A DNA stretch of 32,000 nucleotides from an uncultured archaeon. GTDB lineage: Archaea; Iainarchaeota; Iainarchaeia; Iainarchaeales; 0-14-0-20-30-16. Within the stretch, counting starts at the first letter, position 1. Each line of letters opens with the position of its first letter. The position numbers were made by a program, and so were the translations under genes. Positions 23,114 to 29,100 of this stretch are shown here, one piece after another. The notes beneath the pieces are model-generated. The model made no database searches. It was given only the letters and a program-made list of their open reading frames with translations, and was not told where the DNA came from. Location of the stretch: NCBI GenBank assembly GCA_964480435.1, contig CAYZSS010000004.1, forward strand, positions 1 through 32,000, given 5' to 3'.

Positions 23114-23647
23114 ATGGATTTGATAAAAAATAAAATGTTTATTACAGTAATAGTAATAGTTGTTGCCTTTTTATTTCTTATATTTTTGTATGGAATGTAT
23201 CAGGATGTAAACAAAATAACTGCTACGATGGACAATAATGATATAAATAAACCTGCAAATTTTAATCCACCTCCGGACCGTGGTTTTTTTAACCTTAGAT
23301 TTCTATTTTTTCCAATCATGGGTTTTTTAGGAATGGTTGGGGGGTCGTTGTTATATTATTTTATGGCCCAAAGACTAGGGAAAAATAAACAGTTACAAAA
23401 AAAGAATGTAAATAGGTTGCTGAATTTACTAAGTAAAGAAGAACGGTTAGTTTTAGAAAAACTTATTGCCTCTCATGGTTCAGCATATCAATATGAATTA
23501 TCCAGAATGCCAGGTGTAAATAAAGTAAAAATGCACAGGGTGTTAAATAATTTAGAAGCAAAAGAAATAATAAAAAAAGAAAATTATGGGAAGATAAACA
23601 AGATTGTTTTAGATAAGGATATTTATTCTTTATTTATTGAGCAATAG
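23114..23647 (+). CDS. Membrane-associated winged-helix transcriptional regulator (COG2512-like)
   Basis: Two TM helices (MFITVIVIVVAFLFLIFLYGMY; FFPIMGFLGMVGGSLLYYFMA) precede a C-terminal wHTH (LSKEERLVLEKLIASHGSAYQYELSRMPGVNKVKMHRVLNNLEAKEIIKK). ATG 23114 lies about 26 nt downstream of the TATA centre. The track start TTG 23093 would sit inside the TATA box. Confidence 0.7.
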   Translation: MDLIKNKMFITVIVIVVAFLFLIFLYGMYQDVNKITATMDNNDINKPANFNPPPDRGFFNLRFLFFPIMGFLGMVGGSLLYYFMAQRLGKNKQLQKKNVNRLLNLLSKEERLVLEKLIASHGSAYQYELSRMPGVNKVKMHRVLNNLEAKEIIKKENYGKINKIVLDKDIYSLFIEQ

Positions 23648-23656
23648 AAAAATTAT

Positions 23657-23679
23657 AGGCAGATATTTAAATTCTGCCT
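23657..23679 (+). promoter_or_regulatory. 7-bp inverted repeat enclosing the mgtE TATA-like box
   Basis: AGGCAGA (23657-23663) / TATTTAAAT / TCTGCCT (23673-23679). The loop is itself TATA-like and is centred about 26 nt upstream of ATG 23693. Confidence 0.45.
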
Positions 23680-23692
23680 TTCTATTTCTTTA

Positions 23693-24940
23693 ATGCAGAT
23701 TAGTTACAATAATTACATTGACAAGATTATCAATAGTAGAACTAACTGTGCTGAATTTATGAAAGTTCCTGTTAATATTCAGGCACGCGTATTTTTGTTT
23801 TTACCACAACACATTCAAAAAAATATTTTACAAAACATATCAGAAATTCATTTGTTAAAACTTCTTAAATACCCCGCTCCTGATGATGTGACTGACATAA
23901 TACAGAAACTGTCTTATTTTAAAAGAAAGAAAATATTGGATAAACTAGAAACTGAACTAAGAGAAAAAGTATCTTATTTACTAAAATACCCTGAGGATAC
24001 TGCAGCAGGAATGATGGATTTAAACTATGTTTTGGCATCAGTGGATTTAAAGTTTAAGGACCTGGCAAATATTGTTGAAAAACACAAAAATAAAACAGGA
24101 AAAGACCCGGTTGTTTTGGTTGAAGAAAATGGTGTTCTGCTTGGGGAATTATCTGCCACATCTTTTATTTTGAATTCTCCTAGTAAAGAAATAAAAAACA
24201 ATATTACCAAAATTCCTGTTGTAAAATATAATGAAAAACATTCAAAAGTTTTTAAATTATTTGAACATAATAAAAATAACAAAATTGTTGTTTTAGATAG
24301 CGACAATTCTATAATGGGTATAATTTATGCACACGATATTTATAAGTTAGTAAAAAAACAAAGAACAAAGGACATGTATGACTTTGCAGGACTAAAACAA
24401 GAAGAAGATATTTTTGATAGTTTTTATCTAAAATTTAAAAATAGGTGCTTTTGGTTAGTTATAAATCTTTTTACAGCATTTCTTGCATCTCTGGTTGTAG
24501 CAATATTTAGAGATGTAATTTCAGCAGTAGTGATGCTTGCAGCATATATGCCTATTGTTGCTGGTATGGGTGGTAATGCAGGCACCCAGACCCTGGCAGT
24601 AACTGTAAGGGGATTAGCCCTGCATAATTTAAAAACTAAGGCGCTTTCAAGAATTTATTTTAATGAATTAGTGTCTGCTTTTTTAATTGGGCTAGTAGTA
24701 GGGGCATTTGCAATTGTTTTGGCATATGTCTTGAATGCGAGTTTAATTTTTGGAGTAATTGTAGCAGTATCTGTGTTGGCTAATTTATTAGTAGCAGCAA
24801 CGGTTGGATTTTTTATCCCTGTGCTTTTGAAAAAATTAGGGAAAGATCCTGCAACATCATCAAGTATTTTTATTACTACTTTTACTGATGTTCTTGGATT
24901 CTTTGTATTCTTGGGCTTGGCCACTTTAATTTTCTTGTGA
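23693..24940 (+). CDS. mgtE: Magnesium transporter MgtE
   Basis: MgtE N-domain, then a CBS pair (VLVEENGVLLGELS; VVLDSDNSIMGIIYAHDI), then a TM domain with the signature PIVAGMGGNAGTQTLAVTVRGLAL. Confidence 0.92.
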   Translation: MQISYNNYIDKIINSRTNCAEFMKVPVNIQARVFLFLPQHIQKNILQNISEIHLLKLLKYPAPDDVTDIIQKLSYFKRKKILDKLETELREKVSYLLKYPEDTAAGMMDLNYVLASVDLKFKDLANIVEKHKNKTGKDPVVLVEENGVLLGELSATSFILNSPSKEIKNNITKIPVVKYNEKHSKVFKLFEHNKNNKIVVLDSDNSIMGIIYAHDIYKLVKKQRTKDMYDFAGLKQEEDIFDSFYLKFKNRCFWLVINLFTAFLASLVVAIFRDVISAVVMLAAYMPIVAGMGGNAGTQTLAVTVRGLALHNLKTKALSRIYFNELVSAFLIGLVVGAFAIVLAYVLNASLIFGVIVAVSVLANLLVAATVGFFIPVLLKKLGKDPATSSSIFITTFTDVLGFFVFLGLATLIFL

Positions 24941-25981
24941 TTGTGGCATAGTAATATTTTGTGAATTATTTAGGTATCCACCCTTTCTAAATACTAGGTA
25001 TCCCAAAATTAATACTATTGCAAATATTAATCCAATAGTAACTGCTCTATTTTCTAAACTAAACAAAGCAGTAGATTTGCCTAGTATCCCACTTAAACTA
25101 TTTGTCATTGTGGCAGCTAAATTTGTATCTGTGTTGTCACTTGTATTGTTTGCTAAATTAGTCTGTTCTGGTATTATTACTACTGGTTTTTGGAAAGCAA
25201 AATATTCTGCTCCCAATTCAAACTTTTTATTTGTGTGGGTATCAACTAAAATAAAATTAAAAGTAGTGTCTACGCAGTTGCTGTTATTATCATAATTTGC
25301 ATAAAAATCTAACTTGTATTCGAAAGTAGGTGCTAGGTTTACATAGGAGTAATCATCTGTGATGTAAAAACAATTACTGTCTCCTTCAAAAATAGGAACA
25401 AAATCTGAGTTTCCACCAGTATTTGCTACGATTACTGAAAATTGTTCTTTTACATTATTTGGGCCCAATGCAACAACACTGTTTTCCCAATTTATTACTA
25501 CTGGGTTTGGAGCTGAGTTGTAGTAGTTTGATTTAATATCATAATTGTCTTTATCATTTGCCTTTATTGTAATTGTTGCAGTTTCTGATTTTGAAGTAAA
25601 CTGGTTCTTAGCAAGAACATTAATTTCTAGTTTATATTCTTTATTTTCTAGGTCTTCAGGAACTGCTATGTTAATTACCTTATAATGTGAATACTTGGTT
25701 GTAATTGTTTGAGGATTTGTAACAACTGTAAAAGGGCTATTAAAAGAATAAATAAATTCAACATCTGTTGTAGTTTTTAAATCAATATAAAGCTTAATTA
25801 TAGCTGTGGACCCTTTTTCTAGGCTTAAATATGTTTGCTCTGGGGTTACACTAAAGCTGAAATCTTTTGCTTCTTGGGCAAGCTTTTTGTCCATGTCATA
25901 GGTAGTGTATGGGAAAACCAAACTGCCTAATAAAAATACCCCGAATAAAATACCCATAATAAAAGCTAGTTTCTTAACCAT
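24926..25981 (-). CDS. Surface protein with N-terminal signal/anchor and C-terminal TM anchor (351 aa)
   Basis: N-terminus MVKKLAFIMGILFGVFLLGSLVFP. The body is beta-rich and N/T/S-rich. C-terminal TM segment VTIGLIFAIVLILGYLVFRKGG. The TATA-like GTATATAA (26003-26010) is centred about 26 nt upstream of the ATG. The 3' end overlaps mgtE by 15 nt (convergent). Confidence 0.75.
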   Translation of the reverse strand: MVKKLAFIMGILFGVFLLGSLVFPYTTYDMDKKLAQEAKDFSFSVTPEQTYLSLEKGSTAIIKLYIDLKTTTDVEFIYSFNSPFTVVTNPQTITTKYSHYKVINIAVPEDLENKEYKLEINVLAKNQFTSKSETATITIKANDKDNYDIKSNYYNSAPNPVVINWENSVVALGPNNVKEQFSVIVANTGGNSDFVPIFEGDSNCFYITDDYSYVNLAPTFEYKLDFYANYDNNSNCVDTTFNFILVDTHTNKKFELGAEYFAFQKPVVIIPEQTNLANNTSDNTDTNLAATMTNSLSGILGKSTALFSLENRAVTIGLIFAIVLILGYLVFRKGGYLNNSQNITMPQSQEN

Positions 25982-26000
25982 ATTAATTACTTAACTCACT

Positions 26001-26089
26001 AAGTATATAAACATATCTTTTTACTTAGCTGTAGAAAACCATTTATATAAATATCCTTTTTATTTTATACGTACTTAATATATATAAGA
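26001..26089. promoter_or_regulatory. Divergent leaderless promoters for the 351-aa gene and the giant ORF
   Basis: TATA-like boxes at 26003-26010 (minus gene) and about 26079-26086 (plus gene) are each centred about 26 nt from the respective ATG (25981 and 26109). A third TATA-like element, TTTATATAAA, lies at 26042-26051. Confidence 0.45.
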
Positions 26090-26108
26090 TTTAATCACTT
26101 GGCTAGGG

Positions 26109-29100
26109 ATGACTATGGGTTTAGGCGAATTTTTTGGGAAAATAAATGAAAAAATGAATTCTGGTTATAACAAAATTGTGGAATTTTTGGATGCAAAAGG
26201 GATTCCTGCCCAAAAATATACTGATTTTTTGGAAGAAAAAGGTATACCTGCTATGTGGTTTACCTTGCTGATGATCCTGGTAATAATTTCTGTGATTGTC
26301 TTGTTGGTTACAATAATTTTTACCCCTAGTACAAACCTAACAATTAGTATTATGACTAATGATGGTTTTTCCCCTGATTCTGTATTTTTAAATATTACTA
26401 AAGTGGCAGATGGGCAAGTAATAATTTCTGAGCAAGTTAAAGATGGTACTGAAATAAAAATAAAAGGTGTTGGTGTTGGAGATTCATTATATTTTTCAGG
26501 TACTTTAGAAGGTTATTCTTATGACTCCCCAAACAATGTATCGATTTCTGAAAAAAACTTAACTGTAACTTTGATATTTAATAAAGAAGAACAAACTGGG
26601 AGTGTTAGTTTTAAAGTAATAAATAAAGAAGAACAAACAAGTGTAGCGAATGCTTTGATTTCGTTTTCTGATTCTGGGGATACATTGTCTTCTGGCCCCA
26701 CTGATGAGTATGGTGCCTTTAAATTAATTTTACCTATGAAAAAAATAAATGTTACTGTTGATAAAGATGGTTATGAGCCTTATAGTAAAACAATAGACCT
26801 GCTAGAGGGAAATGATTATATTATTGAATTAGTTCCTAAGGAATTTGACCCTAATGCTGAAGGAAATTTTAAGTTTATTGTAAAAGATACATCGCTTAAT
26901 TCTCTGAATAATGTAAGTATTGATGTTTATAATCTAAAGACTAATTCAAAAATTGGAACTGCGTTAACAAATACAGATGGTATAGGGATATTCAATACAA
27001 AAAAAGGAACTTCTATAAGATTTGTTGCAAAAAAAGAAGGTTATGAAACATTTGATTCAAATATTGAAGGTATTTCCCGAACTTTAGTTACTGATGAAGA
27101 ACTAATATCTCTATCTATGTTTGCTGGTGGTAGTAAGCTAAAAGTAATAGTAAAAGATGAGTTAGGAGTTACTTTAGATAATGTTTATGTTGCTCTTTAC
27201 ACTTCCATGCTTTTGGAGCAAATGCAGGAAACAACGGATATAGGTGGCGTGGCAGAATTTTCTGGGTTGGACTATACAATCTTAAAATATGCTTCTGTTT
27301 ACAAAGAAGGTTATTACCCCCAAACACAAACAATTGATGGATCTGGAGAAATAACTTTCACTCTTGAAAAAGTAGATTTGTCAAAAGCTGCTATTGTTGA
27401 TGTGTTTTGTGTTGATTCTGATAAAAAACCAGTAGGAGATGCATTTTTGGAACTTAGTTATGATGAAAATTCAGAATTATTTCCTTTAGCATATCCTAAT
27501 CCAACAACATCAGTAACTGGTTATTTTACATTTAATTTTAAACCTGATGTTGTTTTGTATGCTTCTGCAAGTACTGAAGAAGGTTATGGATCTGCATCAT
27601 TATTACTAAAACAAGGAAGAAATAGATTAGATATTTCTATGACAAAAACCGGAAGTAAATTTACTATGTATCTTTATGATAAAGATGGAAATCCACTATC
27701 AAATGCTCATGTAATGCTTTTTGATAAACAAGGAAATTTAGTTTTTGATGGTTATACAGATGCAACTGGGAAAATAGAGGCTGATGCATTAGGAAATAAA
27801 GAACTTGATATGTATGTCACTGATGAGAATGGAAACAATTATTCAATGACAATAAATCCAAAAGATAAAATGCAAATAAAATTAGATGCAGCAAAAAATA
27901 CTGATAATTTATTTGTGGCTTTATCAAAAGTGACTGATTTGGAAGGCAATGAAGTTTCTGCTTTGCAAAAAGGAAAAACATATTTTTTATTATTTAATAT
28001 TTTTTGGCCTGCTGGATTTTATAATGGTGGGCTCCATGTAAGAGTTGGAAAAGATAGCGATAAATTTGCTGCATCTCAAGATGTTGGGATTATTGGCTAT
28101 GATGGTATTGCAGATAGTGTAAAATACGGGATAATGTTCTCTCCTCTGCCATTGCCTGGAGATTATTCTACAGATTACTACTCTACTGGTAGTGCTGGGC
28201 AATTTAATAAATGGATGGAGTTGTATTTTTCTGCGCCTAGTGGAAATAGTACTGTAAAAGTAAGAATAAAATCAAAAGCAAATACTGACATAAATTCTTT
28301 TGAAGTAAGATATAGGGCTTGGACTGATGAAGCCGGGACAATAAGCAGAATGCCTGTTGATAATATTTTGGGGCAAGAAGAAAATACAAAAACAAAATAT
28401 GGTTTATATGCTGATGCTTATATGAAAGAAATTAGCTTAATGTCAGGTTCTTTAAACTGCCAATATGATGTTTGTGTATCGTATAAAATAATTGATGATC
28501 AATACACATACGACATTGCAAAATTTAATTCGGTTTTAGATTATTATTATGCTTTAGATGTGGAATTAACCTCAACTTCAGAACAAAATTTATCTTTGTC
28601 TGTTCAAACAGAAGACAATCCAAAATTATATTTGAATAACGTGGATATGGATGCAACAACTTTTAATCCCGGAACAGAAAATAATACAAAACTTAATACC
28701 TCTTTTGACTTGGGGGCAATGGAAAATAAAACAATAAGAGTTTACTTTAATCCTTTTAAAGAAGGGCTTACAAAAATTGATGTGAAAACTATAACTCCAA
28801 AAGGAGTAATTGAGAAAACAATCCCAGTGAATATTTTTCCAAAGAAAGAAATGCAAGTAATATTAAGTAGTGATTTTATTCCAACTGGCCAAGATTTTTT
28901 TGTAATTGTAAAAGAATCAAATGGAGACTATATTCCAAATGCACAAATTACAATTTCTGATAATAAAACAAAACAAAACAAAATGTTTATTGAGGGTACC
29001 GGCCAAATAGATTTAGGAAAAGAAGGAAAATACACAATAAAAAATAGCCTAGATAGCGCATTTTATTTGATGTCAGTAAGTGCCCCAGGTTATTTACCAA

